This document shows, one piece after another, positions 29,598 through 38,538 of a stretch of 64,000 nucleotides of DNA. The DNA lies in assembly GCA_947630745.1 (NCBI GenBank), contig CANRIT010000003.1:55503-119502 (forward strand), read 5' to 3'. A program made the translations under genes and the position numbers. A model generated the notes under the pieces. The model had not been told where the DNA came from. It worked only from the letters and a program-made list of their open reading frames with translations, and searched no databases. Position 1 is the stretch's first letter. Each line of letters opens with the position of its first letter. This DNA comes from an uncultured Clostridia bacterium. Its GTDB lineage: Bacteria; Bacillota; Clostridia; Christensenellales; UBA1242.

Positions 29598-29949
29598 AAG
29601 CCTAATCGATGTTTCGCTTGACAAAATTCGCACGCTTATTGATGTAAATTGTGTGGTGGGCAGCCCAATAAGCATGCCGGACAACAGCGTAATCATCCCT
29701 ATAAGCAAGGTTAGTGTTGGATTTGTCGCGGGCGGCGGGCAGTACAACGACCTAAACGCCAAACGCAATCAAGCGGATTTCCCAATGGCGGGCGCAACGG
29801 GCGGCGGGTTTACCGTGCAACCACTTGGCTTTTTTGTGGTTAAGGACGACAAATTTAAACTTATCCATGCCGACAAATCCAACGCCTACTTAAACCTTAT
29901 TAAAAATGCCAGTGAAGTGCTTAAAAAGTATGTGGAGAAACTAAAATGA
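29557..29949 (+). CDS. ytfJ: GerW/YtfJ-family sporulation protein
   Basis: VVGSPISMPDNSVIIPISKVSVGFVAGGG...GGGFTVQPLGFFVV is characteristic of YtfJ. Confidence 0.85.
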   Translation: MKKLENQQTDNRIESLIDVSLDKIRTLIDVNCVVGSPISMPDNSVIIPISKVSVGFVAGGGQYNDLNAKRNQADFPMAGATGGGFTVQPLGFFVVKDDKFKLIHADKSNAYLNLIKNASEVLKKYVEKLK

Positions 29950-31115
29950 AAACCGCATCAAAATTTTTGGGGCTGTTTTTGTTGCCCTTGCTTGTGGTTA
30001 TATCGCTAATAAATGTTTTGGCAGTTATTCCAAGCCGCCCAGCAAAAGCATGCCAGTATGCGCCATCAACAAGCGCAAAAGCCATGTGTGTGCTGGATAA
30101 GGATAGCGGCCGCATACTATACAGCAAAAACCAAGATGCAAAGCTGCCCATGGCATCCACCACAAAGGTTGTAACCGCAATAACCGTGCTTAACAACTGC
30201 AACAATTTAGATGAATACATCACGGTTGACGACAAGGCGGTTGGGGTGGAAGGCACATCAATATATCTTAGACATGGCGAAACAATTAAGGTTATAGATC
30301 TATTATATGGACTAATGCTAAGAAGTGGCAATGATGCCGCAACTGCGCTTGCTTACCATGTGGGTGGAAGTGTGGAAGGTTTTGCCAACATGATGAACGA
30401 TTTGGCGCACAAAGTTGGGGCAACGAATTCGCATTTTTCAAACCCGCACGGGCTTGACAATCCGCAGCATTACACAACCGCATACGACTTGGCAAAAATT
30501 ACTGCATACGCGCTTAACAATCCAATTTTTAAACAGATTGTGTCAACAAAATCGTATCAAATTGAGCCGACAAACAAGTACGAAAAGCGCTATCTAACCA
30601 ACAAAAACCGCTTGCTAAATAGCTTATCTGGCTGTGTTGGTGTAAAAACTGGCTTTACATCAAAGGCGGGCAGGTGTTTGGTTAGTGCAGTCGAGCGCAA
30701 AAATGCCACAAGTGTGTGCGTGGTGTTAAATTGCGGGCCAATGTTTGAAGAAAGCACTGCACTTTTAGATAGCAGTTTTGAAGATTTCAATCGCATAAAA
30801 CTCATCGACAAAAACAAGGAAATTTACAACGAATACATTTTGGACGACAAACACGGCAAATTGTATCTTTACACAAACGAAGATTTCTGTTATCCGCTTT
30901 CGTATGGCGAAATAAACAAGGTTAAAATGGAGTATAAAGTAACCCTAGATGACGCTTGCGAAGGGGCAGAAGTTGGAAAAATTGACATAAAGCTTGATAA
31001 TCGCTTGATTAAAACGCTAAAATTGTATACAATGAATAAAATAGACAAGTTGATTGACAGCAAAACGCTTAAAATCAACGAAGTTCTATGGGAAGATAGG
31101 ATAGATGAGGATTAA
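29946..31115 (+). CDS. dacB: D-alanyl-D-alanine carboxypeptidase (PBP5* type)
   Basis: Signal peptide, SxxK (ASTTK), SGN (RSGND) and KTG (VKTGFT) motifs. scpAB-...-dacB synteny. Confidence 0.85.
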   Translation: MKTASKFLGLFLLPLLVVISLINVLAVIPSRPAKACQYAPSTSAKAMCVLDKDSGRILYSKNQDAKLPMASTTKVVTAITVLNNCNNLDEYITVDDKAVGVEGTSIYLRHGETIKVIDLLYGLMLRSGNDAATALAYHVGGSVEGFANMMNDLAHKVGATNSHFSNPHGLDNPQHYTTAYDLAKITAYALNNPIFKQIVSTKSYQIEPTNKYEKRYLTNKNRLLNSLSGCVGVKTGFTSKAGRCLVSAVERKNATSVCVVLNCGPMFEESTALLDSSFEDFNRIKLIDKNKEIYNEYILDDKHGKLYLYTNEDFCYPLSYGEINKVKMEYKVTLDDACEGAEVGKIDIKLDNRLIKTLKLYTMNKIDKLIDSKTLKINEVLWEDRIDED

Positions 31116-31815
31116 CAAATTTTTAGCACAAGCGGGCTTGGGCAGTCGCCGCAAGGTGGAAGAGCTGGTTACATCGGGCAAAATTAAGGTTAATGGCAAG
31201 GTTTGCACCTTGCTTTTTACCGATATAGCTGAAAACGATAGCGTAACATATTTAAATCACCCTGTTACAATCAGCCAAAATTATCAGTATTACAAACTTA
31301 ACAAGCCAAAAGGCTATGTAACCACACTGCATGATGAAAAGGATAGAAAAACGGTTGCCGACCTTATGCGCGGCGTGCATGCGCGAGTTTTCCCAGTTGG
31401 GCGGCTGGATTATGACACGGAAGGTTTGCTTATTATGACCAACGATGGTGATTTGGCAAACTATCTAACCAAGCCCAACAGCAAGGTGGAAAAAACCTAT
31501 ATGGCGCACATAGAAGGCAGTTTAACCAAGGAAGAAATTAAAAAACTATCAAGCGGGGTGGATATTGGCGGATATATCACCAAACCATGCAGTGTGGTGC
31601 AGACCGAAACAGATGGGCAGACAAGCAAGGTTAAAATCACCATAACCGAAGGCAAAAACCGCCAAATCCGCAAAATGTTGGCTGCTGTGGGCAAAAACGT
31701 AACCTACCTAAAACGCATCCAAATTGGCAACATTCATTTGGGCGGACTATCTCGCGGCGAATATGCACCTCTTAACCCAAAAGAACTCCGCTACATAAAA
31801 TCCCTAAAAAGTTAA
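31105..31815 (+). CDS. rluB: Pseudouridine synthase, RsuA/RluB family
   Basis: S4 domain (RINKFLAQAGLGSRR), catalytic RLDYDTEGLLIMTNDG, KNRQIRKM. Confidence 0.85.
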   Translation: MRINKFLAQAGLGSRRKVEELVTSGKIKVNGKVCTLLFTDIAENDSVTYLNHPVTISQNYQYYKLNKPKGYVTTLHDEKDRKTVADLMRGVHARVFPVGRLDYDTEGLLIMTNDGDLANYLTKPNSKVEKTYMAHIEGSLTKEEIKKLSSGVDIGGYITKPCSVVQTETDGQTSKVKITITEGKNRQIRKMLAAVGKNVTYLKRIQIGNIHLGGLSRGEYAPLNPKELRYIKSLKS

Positions 31816-31910
31816 CTGGGTGGCATTGCCACCTTTTTTGTTTTTTAAAATTAATAACAAATAGTAAATATAAATAATTAAAAAATATTAAAAATTTTTT
31901 AAAAAAACTA

Positions 31911-31944
31911 TTGACAATATACCCCCCCCCCCCTATGCTATAAT
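31911..31944 (+). promoter_or_regulatory. Promoter with a C12 homopolymer in the spacer (TTGACA-22-TGcTATAAT)
   Basis: TTGACA at 31911-16, C12 at 31922-33, extended -10 TGCTATAAT at 31936-44. The spacer is 22 nt, against an optimum of 17. Confidence 0.6.
31922..31933 (+). repeat. Poly-C tract (12 nt)
   Basis: Counted directly in the sequence. It is the only long C/G homopolymer in this AT-rich window. Confidence 0.95.
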
Positions 31945-31971
31945 AGGGGTGTGGGAGAAAAGGAGAAAAAT

Positions 31972-33075
31972 ATGACAAAGGAACAAATACGTTTAAAAGT
32001 TATTGATTATCTAAATGACAATCCAAGTATTTTAAAAGAGTTTGCAACTGTCAGGAGTGCTAGATTAAAATTGGAGGCAGATTTAAATCTGAACTACCCT
32101 TCATATGATGAGGTAACAATACAAAAAGTTATAACTGAGGTAGGAAATTGTAATGTCGAAGCGGTTGCTGATGATTTAATGAAAGGGCTCGCTTTTATGG
32201 GATATGGCGACGAGGACTATCACAAAGAACAATTAGAGGAATGCAAAAATAAAACTGACGAAGATTGCTATATATACTCAGTTTTTGATTGTGAAACCTG
32301 TAAAAAGTTGGGTACTTTTATTTCAACATATAAATCTTATCAAGAAAATATCGCTCTTGGTGGAGAACACAAAGAAAAGGTAGAAAAAATATACAATAGC
32401 GGTCTTGCTAAACGCGAACAGCATATAAAACATGGTAGAGAGATATTTAACGACTTTATAGCAAGATTTCAGGCTGCGTTGGAAAGAGACAAGCAAGATG
32501 ACATGCAGATGGATGAAATTATTCCTAGAAGAATAAATGATATGATCAAAGATGAAAAAACTCACATTGCCATGTTAAATAAAATTGAATATGCGGATGG
32601 CATTGTTGAAAAAGTATTTGATTTATTAGGTCAAAACATTCCTAAAAAGCAAGCACAAAAGATAGATAAAATTATAGAAATGAATGATGCAACCTTGGTT
32701 AATAACGTTTTAGATCGTTTAAAAGAAAATCCTACAAAAAACTTTATTGATTTAGGTAAAGTTTTGCTACAAACACCAGCACAAAATCCTGAAGAACTAA
32801 AATGGATGAAGGCTTTAGATGTTGCAGAAATGGTGACGGGTACAATTTTAACAGCAACTGGAATATTTACAAGTACGTTAACAGGCAATATTTCTTCTTT
32901 ATCTGTTACATTACCAGGTTTTGGTCTTATAGGATTGGGATTTGCTGGAATAAATCGGCATATTAAAAAAGCAAAAATTTGGGCTGAAAGAGATAGATTG
33001 GTTTCTTGTTGTGTTAATGATTTTCTTCATGAGGTTGAAGTTGAAAAAGCGATGCAAGCGGGATTAACAAATTAA
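31972..33075 (+). CDS. Hypothetical protein (367 aa): helical soluble region plus C-terminal Gly/Thr-rich transmembrane hairpin
   Basis: ATG 31972 follows AAAGGAGAAAAA. C-terminal VTGTILTATGIFTSTLTGNISSLSVTLPGFGLIGLGFAGI. AT-rich codon usage (AGA, GGA, TTA) unlike its neighbours. Confidence 0.6.
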   Translation: MTKEQIRLKVIDYLNDNPSILKEFATVRSARLKLEADLNLNYPSYDEVTIQKVITEVGNCNVEAVADDLMKGLAFMGYGDEDYHKEQLEECKNKTDEDCYIYSVFDCETCKKLGTFISTYKSYQENIALGGEHKEKVEKIYNSGLAKREQHIKHGREIFNDFIARFQAALERDKQDDMQMDEIIPRRINDMIKDEKTHIAMLNKIEYADGIVEKVFDLLGQNIPKKQAQKIDKIIEMNDATLVNNVLDRLKENPTKNFIDLGKVLLQTPAQNPEELKWMKALDVAEMVTGTILTATGIFTSTLTGNISSLSVTLPGFGLIGLGFAGINRHIKKAKIWAERDRLVSCCVNDFLHEVEVEKAMQAGLTN

Positions 33076-33089
33076 ATAAAGGGGTAAAT

Positions 33090-33299
33090 ATGAAAGTTAA
33101 TGATGTTATAAAAACCAAATCGGGCAATTTGTACACTATTCAGCGTGCAAAGGTTATAAATAAGGTTGAATATCTTGTGCTGTTTGAAGTGAGTACGGGT
33201 AATTTACTTATGGGATTTATCGAAAATGACGAACTGCAATTTGTAAACGACCCAAAAAAGCGCATTGAAATTGCCAAAGAGTTTGACAAAAAAGGATAA
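33090..33299 (+). CDS. Hypothetical small protein (69 aa)
   Basis: SD AAAGGGG. 14 nt downstream of the preceding orphan gene and followed by a terminator. No motif recognised. Confidence 0.5.
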   Translation: MKVNDVIKTKSGNLYTIQRAKVINKVEYLVLFEVSTGNLLMGFIENDELQFVNDPKKRIEIAKEFDKKG

Positions 33300-33308
33300 A
33301 AAGTAAAA

Positions 33309-33332
33309 GGATAGCATGTGCTATTCTTTTTT
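33309..33332 (+). terminator. Rho-independent terminator of the orphan cassette
   Basis: GGATAGCA-tg-TGCTATTC followed by T6. Confidence 0.7.
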
Positions 33333-33501
33333 ATATAAAGCTTTATAAATAAATTTTTTACAATTCATATGTATAGTTACTTAAAAACTATTATAATAAC
33401 TTGTAAAAATATACAACTTATATTATGTATTTTTTGCTTACTTTTTAAAAGTAAGTCGTTTTAAGGAGTCCGAGGGAAATCGAAATCCCTCGGTGCTTTT
33501 A

Positions 33502-33524
33502 TAACTTTTCACACTGAAAAGTTA
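33502..33524 (+). repeat. AACTTTTC hairpin repeat copy (no ACAAAAG tail)
   Basis: TAACTTTTCA-cac-TGAAAAGTTA, a 10-bp perfect stem. Confidence 0.65.
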
Positions 33525-33535
33525 ATATCATTTTA

Positions 33536-33564
33536 TTGCCAAAAATTTAAACTTGTGTTAAAAT
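33536..33564 (+). promoter_or_regulatory. Promoter placed for a leaderless transcript (TTGCCA-17-TGtTAAAAT)
   Basis: TTGCCA at 33536-41, TGTTAAAAT at 33556-64. ATG 33571 is 6 nt after the -10 box. Confidence 0.55.
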
Positions 33565-33570
33565 AGGGGT

Positions 33571-34788
33571 ATGGAAACAAATTTTGATGTGATAATTGTT
33601 GGTGGTGGGGCGGCTGGCATGATGGCTGGCATTTTTGCAAGTAAAAGTAAGCGTGTGCTTATAATTGACCATAACGAAAAGTTGGGCAAAAAGTTGTATA
33701 TCACGGGCAAGGGCAAATGCAATCTTACCAACAACAGCGAGGTTGAAACCCACCTTAACAACATAATTACAAACAGCAAATTTATGTACAGCGCACTTAA
33801 CAATTTTACCCCGCAAGACACAATAAATTTTTTTGAATCTAACGGCTTAAAAACGCGCACCGAACGCGGCAACCGTGTTTTTCCCGCGTCAGACAAAAGC
33901 AGCGATGTAATTAAATGTTTAATCAATTGCCTTAACAAAAATGGCGTAAAAGTTACCCTAAACACCGAGATTAAATCCATTTCCAAACACGATGATGTGT
34001 TTCATATATTGTGTATGTCGGGCATAGAATACACCTCATCTAGTTTAATTATGGCAACTGGTGGGCTAAGTTATTCTGGCACTGGCGCGTCGGATTTCGG
34101 CTACAAAATCGCAAAACAGTTTGGTCACAAAATTGTAAAACCAACAAGCGCGCTTTGCCCAATTGTAGTCAATCAAAACATATCTGCACTAAATGGAGTA
34201 AGTCTGCGCAACATCACACTATACACAAAAATTGGCAACAAAACATTCAGCCAGTTTGGCGACTTGCTTTTTACTTACAACTCGCTAACTGGACCAACCG
34301 CGCTCACCATGTCAAGTTTAATAAACAAGCTAAACATAAAAAATCAAACCATATCAATCGATTTTAAACCCGCCTTGTCGCATCAAAAGTTGGAAGAAAA
34401 ATTTAAGCGCGAATTTGTCGCTTTCGCCAAAAAGGATTTTAAAAACTATCTCTACACGCTTTTGCCAATCAAAATGGCAGACTATTTTTACTCATCAATC
34501 GGCATAAAAAATAAAAAGTTGGCAGACCTAACAAAGGAGGATAGGAATATTTTAATAACCAACCTTAAAAAATTTGACTTTTCAATAAAAAGTTTGGATA
34601 ATATAAATGTTGGAATTGTTACTTCGGGTGGGGTGGATGTTAAGGATATTGACGCGCACACCTGCATGAGTAAACTAATTAAAAACCTATATTTTGTGGG
34701 TGAACTGCTTGATGTTGATGCGCTAACTGGCGGATTTAATTTGCAAATTGCTTGGTCAACTGGGCATCTTGCCGGCGTTTCGGTTTAG
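33571..34788 (+). CDS. NAD(P)/FAD-dependent oxidoreductase, HI0933/YhiN (BaiN-like) family
   Basis: FDVIIVGGGAAGMMAG dinucleotide fold, GKKLYITGKGKCNLTN, C-terminal GGFNLQIAWSTG. 405 aa. Confidence 0.8.
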   Translation: METNFDVIIVGGGAAGMMAGIFASKSKRVLIIDHNEKLGKKLYITGKGKCNLTNNSEVETHLNNIITNSKFMYSALNNFTPQDTINFFESNGLKTRTERGNRVFPASDKSSDVIKCLINCLNKNGVKVTLNTEIKSISKHDDVFHILCMSGIEYTSSSLIMATGGLSYSGTGASDFGYKIAKQFGHKIVKPTSALCPIVVNQNISALNGVSLRNITLYTKIGNKTFSQFGDLLFTYNSLTGPTALTMSSLINKLNIKNQTISIDFKPALSHQKLEEKFKREFVAFAKKDFKNYLYTLLPIKMADYFYSSIGIKNKKLADLTKEDRNILITNLKKFDFSIKSLDNINVGIVTSGGVDVKDIDAHTCMSKLIKNLYFVGELLDVDALTGGFNLQIAWSTGHLAGVSV

Positions 34789-34847
34789 TTTTTTGTTTTG
34801 GTTTATTAAAATTTAAAAACCGCATCCACAACGCAAAAGGAGAAAAT

Positions 34848-35549
34848 ATGATTTTTATAATTTCTATCGCCGTGCTTTTTATTCCATGCACGCTTTTGTT
34901 CCCAGTTTTTAAGGTGGGCAAAAAAAATTTAAAAAAGTTAAAAGGTAAAAATTACATAATTTCGTGCAATCACACCAGCAACCTTGACGCGGTTATGCTT
35001 GATATTCGCTTTTGCAAAAAGCATGTGATTTTGGCAAAGAAAGAACTTTTTAAGCACAAATTGTCTGGTTGGTGGCTTAAACATTTGGGTGCGATTCCAG
35101 TTGACCGCGAGCATGTTGAACCGCAATCGGTAAAGCAAGTGTTTGGCGCACTTAACAAAAACAAGCCGGTTATGATTTTCCCGCAAGGCACGCGCGCAAC
35201 CGTTCGCATTGAAGAAGGCGCGGCAAAAGAGGGTGTTGCGATGTTTTCAATACGCACTGGTACGCCAGTTGTCCCAATGATGTTTGACAGAAAAATCCGC
35301 ATTTTCCATCGCACGCGCCTAATAATTGGTGAGCCAATTTTCCCGGACACCACACGCAAAAAAGACAAGGAATATTTGGACGAATTTGCCAATTTAATTA
35401 TTGAAAAAATGAACGCGCTTTTGGACCTTCCTGACCCAAAACAGGTTAAAAAACAAGCAAAGCAACAAAAACGCGAACAAAAACGCGCACTAAAACAACA
35501 GCGCAAACAAATTAAACTAGCAAAAAAGCAAGCGCGCAAACAAGCATAA
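34848..35549 (+). CDS. plsC: 1-acyl-sn-glycerol-3-phosphate acyltransferase with a Lys/Gln-rich C-terminal tail
   Basis: NHTSNLD (HxxxxD), FPQGTR motifs. ATG 34848 follows AAAGGAGAAAAT. The last ~40 aa are KQVKKQAKQQKREQKRALKQQRKQIKLAKKQARKQA. Confidence 0.85.
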   Translation: MIFIISIAVLFIPCTLLFPVFKVGKKNLKKLKGKNYIISCNHTSNLDAVMLDIRFCKKHVILAKKELFKHKLSGWWLKHLGAIPVDREHVEPQSVKQVFGALNKNKPVMIFPQGTRATVRIEEGAAKEGVAMFSIRTGTPVVPMMFDRKIRIFHRTRLIIGEPIFPDTTRKKDKEYLDEFANLIIEKMNALLDLPDPKQVKKQAKQQKREQKRALKQQRKQIKLAKKQARKQA

Positions 35550-35644
35550 ATACAATCAAATAAATAACAACAAATAAATTAGGAATTTAATTTGCATTTT
35601 AAATAAATCAATTTTGAAGTAAAATATATAAAGGAAAGTTAGTT

Positions 35645-36652
35645 ATGAAAATGAGTGATTTTGATATTACCATGACGCAATACAATCGCGGCGATATTAT
35701 TACTGGCACAATTGTTATGATTGGCGAAAGCGAGGTTGTGGTTGCGCTTGGCGGACTTAAAGAAGGAGTTTTTAAAAAGGAAGAGCTGCCCGCAGCGTTT
35801 AAACTGGGTGACGCCATTTTGGTTATGGTTACGGGCGAAATTGACGACAAAGGTTGCCTTGTTGTAACCCATGCGGGCGTAAACAAAGCGCTTGAAGAAA
35901 AGCAAAGATTAAACGACCTTAAAGTCGGCAGTGAATTTGATTTTGTTGTGTCCGAAATTGGCACAGCTGGCTTTGCGGGGGAATTTTCGGGCTATCATGT
36001 GTTTTTGCCATATGGTCAATGCACGGCAAACGAATTTGAAAACAAGGGCGAACTTAAAAACAACCCAATCCATGCCGCGGTTATTGAACTTAACAACCTA
36101 AAAAAGTCGATAGTTTGCAGCACAAAAATTTTGCAATCAAACCAAATCACCCCTGTTGCAGTGGGGGATATTCTGTCGGGCAAAGTCATCCGCGTGGAAG
36201 AGAAATACGCGCTTGTTATCCTTGCAAATAACGCCCGCGCAAAACTTTCAATTAAAGACGCAAGTTGGCAGCACATAAACAGCATGGAAGAAGTGGTAAC
36301 TTTGGGTGAACATTACGATTTTATGGTGCTTGAATGCAACACTGATTTTTCGCGCGTAACGGTTGGGCTTAAACAGTTGCAAACTAGCCCGCTGGATGCC
36401 AAATTTGACAGCCTTAAAATTGGAGATGAAGTGGAAGGCGAGGTGGTAAAAATTATGCCGGTTGGCGCACTGATTAAACTAACCAACGGCCTTACCGCAC
36501 TTGCAGTTACACGCGAAAATTCCGACCGCGCCAATGTTGCCACTCATCACATATACAAACTTCACACGCAGGTTAGCGGATACATCAGCCGCCTAGATAG
36601 TGAAACTCATCGCATAAATATAATCACCGCAAAAAAGCCAAGCCAGAACTAA
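35645..36652 (+). CDS. S1 RNA-binding domain protein (ribosomal protein S1 homolog, 4 S1-like repeats)
   Basis: Repeated GDIITGTIV / GDILSGKVIRV / GDEVEGEVVKI S1-type segments. Position after plsC matches the Bacillota cmk-plsC-rpsA-type loci. Confidence 0.75.
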   Translation: MKMSDFDITMTQYNRGDIITGTIVMIGESEVVVALGGLKEGVFKKEELPAAFKLGDAILVMVTGEIDDKGCLVVTHAGVNKALEEKQRLNDLKVGSEFDFVVSEIGTAGFAGEFSGYHVFLPYGQCTANEFENKGELKNNPIHAAVIELNNLKKSIVCSTKILQSNQITPVAVGDILSGKVIRVEEKYALVILANNARAKLSIKDASWQHINSMEEVVTLGEHYDFMVLECNTDFSRVTVGLKQLQTSPLDAKFDSLKIGDEVEGEVVKIMPVGALIKLTNGLTALAVTRENSDRANVATHHIYKLHTQVSGYISRLDSETHRINIITAKKPSQN

Positions 36653-36669
36653 GCTGCTGGCTTTTTTTT
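36641..36669 (+). terminator. Rho-independent terminator
   Basis: AGCCAG-N10-CTGGCT followed by T8. Confidence 0.7.
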
Positions 36670-36854
36670 AATGCCGCAAAAATATCATTTAGTTAGAATT
36701 TTTTATTATTTAAAACTAATAAACTAACCAAAATTGTGTTAAATTGTTTTGCAAATTTTAGGTTTGCGCTGCCCAAAATAACGCAAAATTTTTAAACATT
36801 ACAAAAATTTTTTTGCTTTAAAATTAAAAAAATCAAACTTTTATTAGTTGCAAA

Positions 36855-36881
36855 CAAAAAATAGGCTAGCAGCCTATTTTT
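36855..36881 (-). terminator. Terminator of the 36894-38519 gene (hairpin usable in both directions)
   Basis: ATAGGCT-agc-AGCCTAT, flanked by an A-run and a T-run. Confidence 0.7.
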
Positions 36882-36893
36882 CATTCACCCTTT

Positions 36894-38519
36894 TTACACA
36901 TTCATGCCGTCATCGTGGTGGAAGAAGTTGCGGGTGTTTTCTCTGCGCCTTTCGTGGTTTGAATACATTTTAGGATTGCGTTTGTATTTTAAATCATCAT
37001 CAAACCTTTTTTGCATTGCGGATAGCATTGCAGATTTCCTTTTTTCTTCTTTATCATATTCTTCGCGTTTTGCGTCAACAATGGCTTTAAATTTTTCCCA
37101 TTCCTCATTGTAAATTTTGTCAACTTCTTCTTGCTGCATCCCTTGTTCAATAAGTTCGGAAATATATTCTTTTGCCAACAAATATCTGGTTTCGGCAATC
37201 TGTTTCATTGGCTCGCTGTCTTTAACGAAATTTTTGCATGGGGTTTTTGTAAGTTCTAAGTAAAACTCAGCAAGTTGAACGTTTTGCGAGCTGGTGTCGT
37301 ATTTTGTATTAGTATCGATTTTGTCTAAATTTTCTGCCGGTTTCTCTTCATCATTTTTAATATCTTCAGCTGCGTTATTGATTTCATCTAAGTTATTTTT
37401 ATCCGCCTTTGCACCATCATCCACAACTTGTTTGCGTGTTAGTCGCGCATATCTATCGGCGATGTTCTTTTTGAAAGTTTTAAAATCTTCGCTGCACGAT
37501 TTTGCAAACGAAACCATCTTCCAATATCCCTTTTTGTCCGAAGTAAATTTTATGTAGTCGGCTAGGGTGGTCACGCCTTGATTCATCAGATAGTTAAGCA
37601 AAGGTTCAGCCGTGCTAGGAACAAGGTTTTCTATGCTTAAATTGTCTTTTTCCAGCACAGTTTTAACCGCTTTCGTTATCATAAATTCATCTTTCTTGGT
37701 GGTGGCTTTACTAACCAAACCGCCACTATTTTTGTTGGCTTTTGGCTTGGCTTTTGCTTCTTCTGGCAACTTTAACAAGCCGTCTTCTTCCAAATTTTTA
37801 ATATGCGCCATAACATTGTCTAAAAACACGGTGTACGCGTTTTCATAGTTGACTTTGCAGTTGTGGTGAAATTTGTTGAAATACTCTTTGTTTGCCGCAA
37901 ATTTTGCAAAATCGCCAAGCGTTTTAACATTGCGCTTATACAAATAGTTTGCCATCAATGGGCAATCGGTAGGGATAAATTTGTCAATAGGGGTGGTGTC
38001 CAAAGTTAAATACGCTATGTAACTTTTAAATTTTGCAGTGGTAACCTTAATTGGGTCGTCAAACAAATTGTATTTGCTTGCCTCAATGTCGGATTTTGAC
38101 TTTGATTCCCTTTCTTCCTCGCGCAACTCAGTTGCCAATTCTTCTTGCAAATTTTTTAAATCGGACATTATAAAATCGGTAACCTTAAATTTGTCCGCAT
38201 ATAAAGTGTTTGCCGCAAGTTTAAGATTTTTAACAAGTGTGCCCATTTCTTCCATTCTGGCGGTTTTGGTGCTATCCATAAATGTTGGATTGTATTTAGC
38301 CAGCAACTGCCTTATATTATCTTCAAACAGAAAAAACTCTGGACAATCTAAAAACAATTTCCAAACAAAATTAGAAGTGATAGTTTTGCCCAAAATTCTA
38401 CCAACCGTGCGCGCTCTTGCTTCTTCAACTGAGCGGGCTGGTTGCCAAGATGTGTTTTTTATACATTTAATAAGTTCATCAGGTGATTTTTCTGACCTTT
38501 TTTGTCTATTATTACTCAT
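36894..38519 (-). CDS. Hypothetical protein (541 aa) with two internal HhH-like repeats resembling the RNA polymerase alpha C-terminal domain
   Basis: ATG 38519 follows a GGGGG SD. Repeats are CPLMANYLYKRNVKTLGDFAKF and EPLLNYLMNQGVTTLADYIKF. Charged coiled-coil linkers and a basic C-terminus. Confidence 0.65.
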   Translation of the reverse strand: MSNNRQKRSEKSPDELIKCIKNTSWQPARSVEEARARTVGRILGKTITSNFVWKLFLDCPEFFLFEDNIRQLLAKYNPTFMDSTKTARMEEMGTLVKNLKLAANTLYADKFKVTDFIMSDLKNLQEELATELREEERESKSKSDIEASKYNLFDDPIKVTTAKFKSYIAYLTLDTTPIDKFIPTDCPLMANYLYKRNVKTLGDFAKFAANKEYFNKFHHNCKVNYENAYTVFLDNVMAHIKNLEEDGLLKLPEEAKAKPKANKNSGGLVSKATTKKDEFMITKAVKTVLEKDNLSIENLVPSTAEPLLNYLMNQGVTTLADYIKFTSDKKGYWKMVSFAKSCSEDFKTFKKNIADRYARLTRKQVVDDGAKADKNNLDEINNAAEDIKNDEEKPAENLDKIDTNTKYDTSSQNVQLAEFYLELTKTPCKNFVKDSEPMKQIAETRYLLAKEYISELIEQGMQQEEVDKIYNEEWEKFKAIVDAKREEYDKEEKRKSAMLSAMQKRFDDDLKYKRNPKMYSNHERRRENTRNFFHHDDGMNV

Positions 38520-38538
38520 AATTTCCCCCAACAAATAT

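Noticed and set aside
34970-35539. 189-aa ORF antisense to plsC.
   Set aside because: It is a shadow ORF of a conserved gene (plsC motifs are intact on the + strand), with no translation signals.
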